The translations under genes and the position numbers were made by a program. This document shows, piece after piece, positions 1 to 8,829 of a DNA stretch of 35,574 nt (position 1 is its first letter; each line of letters opens with the position of its first letter). Below the pieces are notes generated by a model. The model was not told the origin of the DNA, ran no database searches, and saw only the letters and a list, made by a program, of their open reading frames with translations. The stretch comes from a virus. Its lineage: Duplodnaviria; Caudoviricetes. The stretch spans positions 1 to 35,574 of IMG/VR virus record IMGVR_UViG_3300037634_001146; one strand, written 5' to 3'.

Positions 1-258
1 CATATCCATGGCTTCATAATATGTAAATAACTCTACTTTTGAAGTATGGAATGTTTGATTTTGGTTATATGTGCCATAACCTGGCATGCCACGATGTACG
101 CCGGAAAATCTATCAACATATCTTTTGTTACTTAAATTTCCTGTAGACTGCAAGCGGTTTGTATCAACTGCTTTTAATCTATTTTTTGAGATTCTGCGTA
201 CAACTACGTTAGTTGCAAATAATCTACTTAACCGTGCTCTTAATGAAGTATCTGCCAT
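1..258 (-). CDS. Portal protein (T4 gp20-like), 5' part; runs off the window edge
   Basis: Not in the ORF track. Hand translation from the ATG at 258 is open to position 1: MADTSLRARLSRLFATNVVVRRISKNRLKAVDTNRLQSTG...SKVELFTYYEAMDM. The Y-E-A-M-D segment resembles the N-terminus of T4-like portals, and the gene lies directly downstream of the terminase. Confidence 0.75.
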   Translation of the reverse strand, partial: MADTSLRARLSRLFATNVVVRRISKNRLKAVDTNRLQSTGNLSNKRYVDRFSGVHRGMPGYGTYNQNQTFHTSKVELFTYYEAMDM

Positions 259-272
259 ATTTTACCTATATA

Positions 273-281
273 AATAAATAT
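273..281 (-). promoter_or_regulatory. ATATTTATW motif (putative late promoter) upstream of the portal
   Basis: ATATTTATT on the minus strand, 14 nt before the ATG; one of 8 copies in equivalent positions. Confidence 0.6.
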
Positions 282-1858
282 TAGAGTAACCACTTTAAAT
301 CAGAATTTTCGTTATCTCCTGACTTCCATTGCCATTCTTTTGGTGTTTCTGTTGTCGCTGAATATACTCCCTGCGATTTTCCAAAGTGTCCTAATGCTTT
401 TCTATTTAAATCCATTCCTTGTTGTTGTAATCGCAAGGCTGTATCTCTCATCCATAAACCGGTAGAAAACGACATTACTAAATCATCATTATATCCTCTA
501 GCGGCTTCTGCCCTATGACCTAGCCATACAAATGTAAATAACTCATCAACTAATCTTTTCGAATGAACTATCGGTGTTTTGTCTCTAAAATATGTTTCTA
601 GTTTTGATATCACTAATGGACGTGTTCTGGAAGTCATTGAAAATCCAGGAACTGTTTTTGATTTACTTTTTAAATCATATCCTTTACGTAACTGAACATC
701 TTCATCTACATATCCATCTTGTTTATACGAATAATATAAATTTGAATATCCTTTATCTAACGCAACTTGAATTGATGCCCAGCCAATATTAGCATTTTCA
801 ATTACTAATAATGCATTGTTATATTCTGTGGCTACTGCAATTAACATGTTACCATATTCTGTTGTTCCAATTTTTCCTTTATACTCAGCAACTTGTTGAC
901 ATGATTCTATATCAAATACATGAAATGCAGAATAATCAGTTGAATCGCCTCGAGCTACATCAGCAACAACCATATATTTTTTTGAATAATCAGCATATTC
1001 CCAAATCCAGAAATTTGAATCAAAGCCTCTTTTTTCAACTGGATCTTTTACATGAGTATCAGAATACCATTGCAATATATTACCATCTACAACGGTGTGA
1101 CCAGATGATATAAAATCACAATCACATTCTTGCGCTGCACCCTTTTCTCCAAGTAATTCTGTTTGTTTAATACGCCATGCTTCATCTCTATCCGGATGTA
1201 CTGTCCAATGTAATTTTATTGTGTTGAATTCTCCACCGGACTCTGCATTAACCCATTGACGATGAAACCAATTACCTACACCATTTGGAGTTGATAATGC
1301 AATACAATCACCACCAGTTGCTAATGTTTGTTGAGCAGCTGTCCATATCTCATCAATTTTATCAATGAAGGCCGCTTCATCAAATATTAATAATGATAAT
1401 GCTTCAGATCTACCGGCGTCTCCTTTAGATGAAATCGCTTTGATTTGTGATCCATTTCCATAACGTAATGATAATTTATTATCTTCTAATGTTTTACCCT
1501 TTAACCAATTAGGTAAATTTTCATTCATTACTCGTACTTTAGTTACAAGATTTTTTGCAACGTCCTGTTTTGTTGCAATTACTAGAACATTAAAATCAGA
1601 CCGGAATATCATTTTCCATAAAGCATACCCTGCTGTTAATGTTGATATACCTAATTGTCTAGATTTTAAAATAATATTATATCTATTATCTTTTAATTCT
1701 TGTAATGATTTTTCTTGAAATGGATATAAGTTAAATAACATTTTTCCACGCGTGGGATGTTGTATTACGCAATACTTACGCATAAAATGTATAGGATCTT
1801 GTGAACACCGTTTGTATTCATCACCTATAATTTCTTTAAGAGATTTTTTAACTGCCAT
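281..1858 (-). CDS. terL: Terminase large subunit (T4 gp17-like)
   Basis: Adenine-binding LYPFQ, Walker A KSRQLGIST, Walker B LIFDEAAF, coupling motif STPNG, RNase H-like nuclease acidic residues (ADVARG; NDDLVMS). Confidence 0.95.
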   Translation of the reverse strand: MAVKKSLKEIIGDEYKRCSQDPIHFMRKYCVIQHPTRGKMLFNLYPFQEKSLQELKDNRYNIILKSRQLGISTLTAGYALWKMIFRSDFNVLVIATKQDVAKNLVTKVRVMNENLPNWLKGKTLEDNKLSLRYGNGSQIKAISSKGDAGRSEALSLLIFDEAAFIDKIDEIWTAAQQTLATGGDCIALSTPNGVGNWFHRQWVNAESGGEFNTIKLHWTVHPDRDEAWRIKQTELLGEKGAAQECDCDFISSGHTVVDGNILQWYSDTHVKDPVEKRGFDSNFWIWEYADYSKKYMVVADVARGDSTDYSAFHVFDIESCQQVAEYKGKIGTTEYGNMLIAVATEYNNALLVIENANIGWASIQVALDKGYSNLYYSYKQDGYVDEDVQLRKGYDLKSKSKTVPGFSMTSRTRPLVISKLETYFRDKTPIVHSKRLVDELFTFVWLGHRAEAARGYNDDLVMSFSTGLWMRDTALRLQQQGMDLNRKALGHFGKSQGVYSATTETPKEWQWKSGDNENSDLKWLL

Positions 1859-1865
1859 TACTTTA

Positions 1866-1894
1866 AATATAATAAATTATTTGCAATATCACAA
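1866..1894 (-). promoter_or_regulatory. Sigma70-like promoter TTGTGA-N17-TATATT, 7 nt upstream of the terL ATG
   Basis: -35 at 1889-1894 and -10 at 1866-1871 with a 17-nt spacer; same architecture as 18340-18368. Confidence 0.5.
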
Positions 1895-1895
1895 A

Positions 1896-2291
1896 TTATT
1901 TCTTAACTCTTTTTTCCATAGTACGGCCGCCAAAGTAGGCACCAATGACAGTGATAAGAACTAATTGGAGAAGGTCAGTCCATTTAGCTTCTACTTCGAA
2001 AGCAATTGTTCCAGCATCTATGAATATCATTAACACTGTTGATACAACTAAGAATATAAGAACTAAAGGTCTAACGTTTTTAGATAACCAAGAATCTGAA
2101 TTCATATCAGCTGACCAACGATCAGTTATATTTTGCTCCATTTTGGCTTCATGGTTAGCAATCAATTCTTTCATTTTACGTTTTGCTTCTAATTTCTCAG
2201 CTTTAGTAGTTGTTAGGTTATCTAATACTCCACCTACTCCTTCTACTAATTCGGCGGCTCCGCCTGAAAATATTTTATTCAATATACCCAT
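1896..2291 (-). CDS. Holin (GTA-type 3TM holin-like family)
   Basis: Amphipathic N-terminus, RWSADMNSDSWLSKNVRP motif, two hydrophobic helices and a basic YFGGRTMEKRVKK tail. Confidence 0.75.
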   Translation of the reverse strand: MGILNKIFSGGAAELVEGVGGVLDNLTTTKAEKLEAKRKMKELIANHEAKMEQNITDRWSADMNSDSWLSKNVRPLVLIFLVVSTVLMIFIDAGTIAFEVEAKWTDLLQLVLITVIGAYFGGRTMEKRVKK

Positions 2292-2309
2292 AACTTATTC
2301 TCCATTTTA

Positions 2310-3062
2310 TTAAAATACTGGATTTGCGTTAATATCAGTATTATCTACATCGGGGGATTTTACATTATAACGATTTTTAACTTCTTTATATATTTTTTTT
2401 GTTAACACGACTATTTCAGCACCTTTACCTATTAACCCACCAACAGAAAAGAAAAACCAAAACCAGGATGTAATTGCCGGAAAAGTAACAATACCAATAA
2501 TAAACATAATAGCTACTGCTATAAGTGTTCCGGCGAGTCCTGCAATTTTTTGTGCAAATTCTCCGGCACCAAATACTCTCGCAATTGCTTCAAATAATAA
2601 TTTCATACCTTTGGCAGGCGCGCCGGCAAGTTTGTCTAGCCAAACAAGTCCTTTTTTCAGCATAGACTTAACCCGGTTTTTATTTACTGATTTTCCTGTT
2701 TCTTTTTCTATTTCTCCTATCGATATATCTATTAATGCCGAATTTCCTAGGAGATCCATTATACCATGTATAATGGTCCCTACGGTACCGGCGGCTTCGT
2801 TAAGTTTATATCCACGCGATTCTTGTATTTCATTCTTAATCGATTCCACATCAGATACATCTATTTGATCGATATTAAAATCGGCTTTTGCTAAAGCCAT
2901 TAACATTGCTCCCTGCACTTCTTCTTCGTTAGCATCAGAACCAGATTGTTTTAAATCATTTGCAAGTTTCTTTGTAATAAGGTTAGTTTTTGATGCATCG
3001 CCAGAAATACTTTCTACTATAGTACGTAAATATATTTGATTTGCTATCGGCGCTATCTTCAT
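2310..3062 (-). CDS. Hypothetical membrane protein with a C-terminal hydrophobic hairpin
   Basis: 250-aa ORF with an AAGGA RBS; hydrophobic segments IAGLAGTLIAVAIMFIIGIVTF and WFWFFFSVGGLIG. Confidence 0.75.
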   Translation of the reverse strand: MKIAPIANQIYLRTIVESISGDASKTNLITKKLANDLKQSGSDANEEEVQGAMLMALAKADFNIDQIDVSDVESIKNEIQESRGYKLNEAAGTVGTIIHGIMDLLGNSALIDISIGEIEKETGKSVNKNRVKSMLKKGLVWLDKLAGAPAKGMKLLFEAIARVFGAGEFAQKIAGLAGTLIAVAIMFIIGIVTFPAITSWFWFFFSVGGLIGKGAEIVVLTKKIYKEVKNRYNVKSPDVDNTDINANPVF

Positions 3063-3070
3063 ATTATCCT

Positions 3071-3358
3071 TTATTTACTGTATCCGTATTGTTCTTTTAT
3101 TAATTTAATAACTTCTGATCGTAATAATTTTGTCATTTCATCAATTTGCAATTCCACATCTTTATCAGCTGCATTTACTGCGGATTCCATTTCTGATTGT
3201 AATTGTTTTTTCTTTTTGGTCATTTGTTTTAATTTTGATACTAATTGTTGTTTTTTTGAACCATCGGCTTTTGCATAATCACCAGCTAACTTTTTCATAT
3301 CTGCAACTAATTTATCAAACTCTTTACCAATCTTATTTAATGATCTATTCCTTGCCAT
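3071..3358 (-). CDS. Hypothetical small coiled-coil protein (start probably 3358, MARNRS...)
   Basis: GGAG RBS upstream of the ATG at 3358; Lys-rich helical sequence ending LLRSEVIKLIKEQ. Confidence 0.7.
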   Translation of the reverse strand: MARNRSLNKIGKEFDKLVADMKKLAGDYAKADGSKKQQLVSKLKQMTKKKKQLQSEMESAVNAADKDVELQIDEMTKLLRSEVIKLIKEQYGYSK

Positions 3359-3992
3359 CGGTAGTCTCCACAAATTGATTTCTAATCGATTCTTTTAATT
3401 TATTATAATCTATATCTATTTTCTCGATAAAAGCTGTTATATCCATTTCACCAAAGCCGCCATCTGCGTTTTGGTAATACGTTTCTTTGGTCTGCGTTTT
3501 TAATATTTCAACTTCTTTATCTGTATCTGAAAACCATGCTTCTGCATTAGCAGACATTATATTATTCTGATATTCTTTCCACGCTACTTCACCTTGCATC
3601 TTGATCTTACGTTCTTCTGTTAATACACATCCAAAGCACATTTTACGTTTAAACCAAAATTTAAAATTTAACTGCTTCTCATTGGCACGCATATCAGTTT
3701 TACATTTAGGACATTTTTCTGGCACTGATAACGTGTCTTGAATGGTTTTTAAAACAGAATTTTCAGGTTCTCGTGATTTAAATCCATCATGTTGAGTGAC
3801 ACGAATTCTAGTACCGGTTGTAGATGTTTCAATCCAAATTTTTGGTTTTCCGTTATCAAAACGTTCTATAATTTCATCTTCAGATATTTCTGTTTTTGTA
3901 GAACCTGTGTAAATCGATTTTCTAGTTTGAGATTTATGAGTCCCTGCTAGTAATTGTTTTACAGCTTTTATATTTTGTAACTTACTTGACAT
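3345..3992 (-). CDS. Hypothetical protein with a putative Zn finger (CPKC...CFGC)
   Basis: 215-aa ORF packed tightly in the operon, with two CxxC pairs. Confidence 0.75.
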   Translation of the reverse strand: MSSKLQNIKAVKQLLAGTHKSQTRKSIYTGSTKTEISEDEIIERFDNGKPKIWIETSTTGTRIRVTQHDGFKSREPENSVLKTIQDTLSVPEKCPKCKTDMRANEKQLNFKFWFKRKMCFGCVLTEERKIKMQGEVAWKEYQNNIMSANAEAWFSDTDKEVEILKTQTKETYYQNADGGFGEMDITAFIEKIDIDYNKLKESIRNQFVETTDGKE

Positions 3993-3993
3993 A

Positions 3994-4479
3994 TTATTTT
4001 ATACCTTGGCGTAATTTAATTACCAATCGCTTTTTAGCAGAATCTCTTAAACCTAAACCATTTATTAATTGTATTACATAATCAACTTGCTGTAAAGCTG
4101 GCTTTTGAGCTAAAACATTTTTTAATTGCACAAATGCTTGAGTTTTATCTAATCTATCTTGTTTATTTGCTAAAGCGCCTTTCATTTCTGCTTCTGCTAC
4201 TGGCTCTTCAGGAGCTGAATCTAAATCAGTTTGTTTTAACATCATTACTAATGCATTTTTTACAGCTGTACTGCCACCTGATATTGCATCAATTACTTTG
4301 ATTAAGCCGGCGGCTTGTTGTCGCGGTGATCCTTGAGCTAATGCTCTTTTAAGCATTTTAACTCCGGCATTTTTTTCTATTTTGCCAGTCTCACGTTCTA
4401 CACCAGTAGTAACGTCAGATTCTTTCAGAGATTTACGTATTTCTTTACGAATTGTTTCTCTTAAAATTGATTCTTTCAT
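3994..4479 (-). CDS. Hypothetical protein with two internal ~60-aa helical repeats; probable head-associated protein
   Basis: N-terminal LRETIRKEIRKSLKE; repeated segments KMLKRALAQGSPRQQ and VQLKNVLAQKPALQQ; AAGGA RBS. Confidence 0.75.
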   Translation of the reverse strand: MKESILRETIRKEIRKSLKESDVTTGVERETGKIEKNAGVKMLKRALAQGSPRQQAAGLIKVIDAISGGSTAVKNALVMMLKQTDLDSAPEEPVAEAEMKGALANKQDRLDKTQAFVQLKNVLAQKPALQQVDYVIQLINGLGLRDSAKKRLVIKLRQGIK

Positions 4480-4500
4480 AATGTCCTTTATTTCATTTTA

Positions 4501-4509
4501 TATAAATAT
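4501..4509 (-). promoter_or_regulatory. ATATTTATW motif (putative late promoter)
   Basis: ATATTTATA, 21 nt before the ATG at 4479. Confidence 0.6.
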
Positions 4510-4516
4510 ACAATTG

Positions 4517-6973
4517 TTATTTTGTAAAGCCTTTATCCATTGCAAAATTAGCTCTACTAAATTCTACTCGGTCCACAAATTTAACTCCTTGTCCTATACG
4601 ATCAACCGCTACATATCCTTCTGGGGCTGTAACTCTTAACCCACCTTTACCATCATCTACAAAATGTTTTGTATTATATATTGCATCATTATATTTTTTA
4701 ACAAATATTAACTTTGCATCTGCTAATAATTTTGATACTATAAATATATTTAAAATATCTTGTTTTCTTTCATTAAACATTGCCAACTGTTCTTGTTTTG
4801 CTAATGTTGCTTTTTCTATACCTCGATCTGATTTTAATTTTGCAATCTTTTTATTAACACGTAATTCATACCATTTCTGAAATGCCTTAAATGATATAGC
4901 CGCATTATCAACAAATTGTCCGGTTTTTATTTCTTGATTAAGGTATATGTTTAATAATGAACTTGGAAGATTATCATAGTTTATTTTTACTGAATCTGCT
5001 TTTTTAATCATCATTGCAACTTCCTTTGCTTCAGCTGCCGTCAATGTTACTACGCCAGTTGTATCTTTAAAAAATGCATCATCAAACCATACATTAGGAT
5101 TGCGTCTTAACCCACTTACATCTGCTCCAAATGATGCACCGCTATCTAATGATCGATACGTTGTATGAAATACAATGCCTATTTTCGCGGAAGCAACTTG
5201 CCTTCCTAAATCAGAATCTACATCTACTGCATATGTAATTGTATTTGGTCGAAATGAATAATGTTTTTTACCATCAATATTTGTAGATTTTAAAATACTT
5301 TTATCAAACATAAAATCGCCCTGTAGTATATTTTTAATTCCTAATGCAGGTAAATATTCTAAAGCTAATTTTAATTTATCAGCTAACCCTTGTGCATGTC
5401 CATGGTTTAAATCTATATCTTCCATTGTGTAGTTAATCTTAGGTTCTTTATTAAAGATGGACTTTGTTCCTACAAAAAACTGTTTATTATCCGGATTAAT
5501 TCCTGCAAATATGGCTGGCGCTCCATCCCATTTAACTGATGTATTAACTTTTGCATCACTATTTCCTTTAAGATTTTTTAACATTTCAATTAAGAATGAT
5601 CGAGCTGTTTTATATCCTTGAGCTCCCTGCGTTAATATCAATTCTTCTAGATGTGTTAAATGAGTATTTGCCTTAGCTTCAGTTAATAATTCTCCAAGTT
5701 GTTTACTCCACCATTCTTTAGTTAATTCTTGTGCTTTAGGTGGTATACGTAATTTCATTGCCGACCTTCCATTAATTAATAAATCACCTTTTTCATTCCA
5801 GCCAATTGTTTTCACAACTACTTTTTTATTTTTAAATCTACCCATCATTACTGTATCGCCTATATTAATAGGTAAATTTATATCTTCGCGTAATCCTTGA
5901 GGTTTTAATTCTTCTTTGGCGGAGGAATCTATAGAGTCTTCTGCGCCTAAAAAATCTATAAATTTATATCCAACTTGTTGAGCAACTTTATCAATATATT
6001 TACGCCATGACTTATATGCCGGATTACCTTTCATGCCACGTAAATAATCAGTACCGGAATTTTTTGCACCTTTAACGCCGGTTGGGAAATAAGATACGGA
6101 TAATGGAGGACCGCCGTTTGGATCTACTGGATGTATCTGAAGTTCAGTATTACCTGATAAATATTCAATTACTTGGTATCCTAATTTTTCGGCCATAATA
6201 CGAGATTGTTTTTGGTATGATGCTTGATTCCCGTAAAAGTATCGTGGACCGTCATCTACATCCGACTCTCCTTGAGCAGTTGCAGTACTTACTTCAGATA
6301 TTAATTTAGATATATCATGAGATATTATAAATGATTCTACTTGATTTATATTAATAGCAGAAAATTTATCACGCAACATTGTATATATATTTTCATCATA
6401 AAATCCCATTACATCTTTAAATGTTTCTGGGTCTGCTGTGGCTAATACTTGACGTAACGTGGTTCCAGACATTTCTCCATATCCAGGTATTTGTATATCT
6501 ATATGTGGTGCCACAACTAAATATCCATGCTGAGTAAATGGTTGTAACATGTCTTTATTATCTTCATATGATTGAAAATATCCTGGGCTGCCATCTTTTT
6601 TAGTTCCTATACGAAATCTAGGATCTTCTAGCATATCCTTAGCCCCGACCGCAAATAATACGGCTGTAGTTTCTGGATCATATTTACTAGTAATTTCAGA
6701 AGCTTGGTATGGATTTTTTACCTGTACCACATTACCTATTCCATGTTTAAAAATTACTTTACGTTTTTCTTTGAAATTTAAAGGCGATTTAGGTAATTTA
6801 ACTTTATCTGATGTTGCAATAAATGTATTAGATTTGCCAAATTTCGTAGCTAATTTTTTATATGTAGCCGCATGATGTTGACCCATGGGTTGAAACCGGC
6901 CTGGGTATATTACAACAATTGTTTTAATGTTTTGTTCAGATATAACTTGATCTGCTAACCATTCTCCTAACAT
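4517..6973 (-). CDS. Multidomain protein: N-terminal cytidylyltransferase/NMNAT-like domain, two unknown domains, C-terminal DUF6267-like (RNA/DNA ligase-fold) domain
   Basis: YPGRFQPMGQHH and MSGTTLR (HxGH-superfamily motifs); NTHLTHLEE, KWDG, QGDFMF, PEGYV and VKFVDR (ligase-like motifs I, III, IV, V). Confidence 0.8.
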   Translation of the reverse strand: MLGEWLADQVISEQNIKTIVVIYPGRFQPMGQHHAATYKKLATKFGKSNTFIATSDKVKLPKSPLNFKEKRKVIFKHGIGNVVQVKNPYQASEITSKYDPETTAVLFAVGAKDMLEDPRFRIGTKKDGSPGYFQSYEDNKDMLQPFTQHGYLVVAPHIDIQIPGYGEMSGTTLRQVLATADPETFKDVMGFYDENIYTMLRDKFSAININQVESFIISHDISKLISEVSTATAQGESDVDDGPRYFYGNQASYQKQSRIMAEKLGYQVIEYLSGNTELQIHPVDPNGGPPLSVSYFPTGVKGAKNSGTDYLRGMKGNPAYKSWRKYIDKVAQQVGYKFIDFLGAEDSIDSSAKEELKPQGLREDINLPINIGDTVMMGRFKNKKVVVKTIGWNEKGDLLINGRSAMKLRIPPKAQELTKEWWSKQLGELLTEAKANTHLTHLEELILTQGAQGYKTARSFLIEMLKNLKGNSDAKVNTSVKWDGAPAIFAGINPDNKQFFVGTKSIFNKEPKINYTMEDIDLNHGHAQGLADKLKLALEYLPALGIKNILQGDFMFDKSILKSTNIDGKKHYSFRPNTITYAVDVDSDLGRQVASAKIGIVFHTTYRSLDSGASFGADVSGLRRNPNVWFDDAFFKDTTGVVTLTAAEAKEVAMMIKKADSVKINYDNLPSSLLNIYLNQEIKTGQFVDNAAISFKAFQKWYELRVNKKIAKLKSDRGIEKATLAKQEQLAMFNERKQDILNIFIVSKLLADAKLIFVKKYNDAIYNTKHFVDDGKGGLRVTAPEGYVAVDRIGQGVKFVDRVEFSRANFAMDKGFTK

Positions 6974-6988
6974 GTTAGAATCCTTTTA

Positions 6989-6997
6989 TATAAATAT
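6989..6997 (-). promoter_or_regulatory. ATATTTATW motif (putative late promoter)
   Basis: ATATTTATA followed by an AAAAGGA RBS, 15 nt before the ATG at 6973. Confidence 0.6.
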
Positions 6998-7002
6998 TGC
7001 AG

Positions 7003-8031
7003 TTAGAAAGAACCACCGCTTATCGATCCACTAACAGTTAAATTACCAGCTTCTGATATTTTAAATAGTTCTGTTCCGCCTACTCCTGGTATTCCAGTGT
7101 CTTTAAATATTTGAAATTCTGAATTATCTAATGTGCCGGCGTTATCCATTAATACAGCAAAACCACCATTTGTTTTTATATATGGTGGATTCGGAATAGG
7201 TAATCCAATATCTAATGGAACTCCGCCATGCAATGATACATTAGAACCAGTTGTTGAGTTAGTTACCGATACACCGTAATACCCATCTCGTACATTCATG
7301 TATGATTGAGAATCTTCAAGAGCAGTTTCTACTACATCTTTATCTGTTTCATTTAATCGTATTTGTACAGTGGCACTTCCGGTATCTGGCGTTCCTTCCG
7401 ATGATATACCTCTTAATGTACCTGAACCGCTGGTCTGTACACAATATGAAATAGATGAACCAGACATGTGACTAAAATTAATATCATCCGCAATTGGGGT
7501 ACCGGAAATTGAATTAATAATATGTATATATGTATTAAATCCAGAACCGGAGAGTATATGCTGCCCTTGTTCAAATGATGTAGTAAAGAATCCAGAAGCG
7601 GAGATTGTTAAACGATTTGCTGTAAATTTATGTGAGCGTAAAGCAGAAATTGTACGTGTTGTAATCTCGGAACCTGATATACCCATAGGTAATTTAACTT
7701 CAATTACAGATCCCGATACCTTTGTATTTATAGTATTTGGTAAATCTCGTAATCCAAAAATACTACCGGTTGGCTCAATACTTGTGCGATTGGCATTCTG
7801 ATAAAACACTTTAAAAGAATGTGTATCTGGAGATCTAAAATACCAAAAAGACGCTGTCGCGTTTGCAGGAGCCAAAACGCTTTGAGATAACGATGCCCCA
7901 GACATAGTTACCACGTAATGTTGTGCTACTGAATTTATACTTTGTGATACACCTAACGTTGTAGAACCAGATGGTACGAAAAATATTTTACCATCAACTA
8001 TATCTATAAAATCTCTTGATAATTGTCCCAT
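7003..8031 (-). CDS. Putative tail/structural protein (Ser/Gly/Thr-rich)
   Basis: SGS/TGS-rich, beta-strand-like sequence; follows the tail fibre genes. Confidence 0.65.
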   Translation of the reverse strand: MGQLSRDFIDIVDGKIFFVPSGSTTLGVSQSINSVAQHYVVTMSGASLSQSVLAPANATASFWYFRSPDTHSFKVFYQNANRTSIEPTGSIFGLRDLPNTINTKVSGSVIEVKLPMGISGSEITTRTISALRSHKFTANRLTISASGFFTTSFEQGQHILSGSGFNTYIHIINSISGTPIADDINFSHMSGSSISYCVQTSGSGTLRGISSEGTPDTGSATVQIRLNETDKDVVETALEDSQSYMNVRDGYYGVSVTNSTTGSNVSLHGGVPLDIGLPIPNPPYIKTNGGFAVLMDNAGTLDNSEFQIFKDTGIPGVGGTELFKISEAGNLTVSGSISGGSF

Positions 8032-8041
8032 TTGTTATCCT

Positions 8042-8326
8042 TTATTTTGGTCCGCCGGCGTCTTGTTGTACATGTACATATGATTTCATTGATGAAAATT
8101 CAGACATTTTATGAGGGGTTGATGGATTAAAATTAGGTGCATTAGTAGAATTCAGTACAACGTTGTTACCTAATGTATTAGATATACTTGATAAAGAAGC
8201 TTCAATGCCGGTATTGATCAAAGAATTATATGTGAATGATGGAGTGCCATTTGCATGTCCTACCGCATGTTTTCTCATTCGTGCTAATGATTTAGGTTCA
8301 CCTGGTCCTGGTACAAAAACTGCCAT
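8042..8326 (-). CDS. Small tail-fibre-associated hypothetical protein
   Basis: Overlaps the upstream stop (TAATG), has a GGAGG RBS, and carries a PHKMSEF motif like small proteins that follow S74-bearing fibres. Confidence 0.6.
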   Translation of the reverse strand: MAVFVPGPGEPKSLARMRKHAVGHANGTPSFTYNSLINTGIEASLSSISNTLGNNVVLNSTNAPNFNPSTPHKMSEFSSMKSYVHVQQDAGGPK

Positions 8327-8826
8327 TATTTATCCTCCAATTTAAGTCTTAATTCATCTATCTGTATTTGTTGATCTTTTATACATTCTATTAATAATGG
8401 TATTAATTTTTCATATCGTACTGACATTACGCCATTAACTTCTCGAGTTATATTTGGTAACACGGAATTAACTTCCTGGGCGATGACTCCTACATCTGCG
8501 ATGCCAGACTTCCGCCTTCCAGCTTCTGACTTCCAGGTAAATGTATTACCAGACAATTTTTGTATTTTGCTTATAGGATCTGTGATAGGAGTAACGTCTG
8601 TTTTAAGGTTAATATCAGATGTGGAAAATGCTATTACATCGCCTGAACATCTTATTTCATTAGTACTACCTACGCCTACATCTAAATCACCTTTTATTAC
8701 AGAATCACCATCTGCGCTAATACCAAAAAGATGCGTTGTACCTCCTAAGAAGCCAATATTGTTATTGGTATCAGTTGTAAATGTATACATGCCTCTTTTG
8801 GCTAATCTCATTGTTTTAAACGACAT
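8326..8826 (-). CDS. Short protein with a peptidase S74 intramolecular chaperone domain
   Basis: SDINLKTDV autocleavage-type motif, GVIAQEV, and the VRYEKLIPLLIECIKDQQ coiled coil. Confidence 0.85.
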   Translation of the reverse strand: MSFKTMRLAKRGMYTFTTDTNNNIGFLGGTTHLFGISADGDSVIKGDLDVGVGSTNEIRCSGDVIAFSTSDINLKTDVTPITDPISKIQKLSGNTFTWKSEAGRRKSGIADVGVIAQEVNSVLPNITREVNGVMSVRYEKLIPLLIECIKDQQIQIDELRLKLEDK

Positions 8827-8829
8827 ATG

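Noticed and set aside
281-1858. Intein or intron in the terminase
   Set aside because: The 525-aa ORF is continuous and of normal size, with no splicing motifs.
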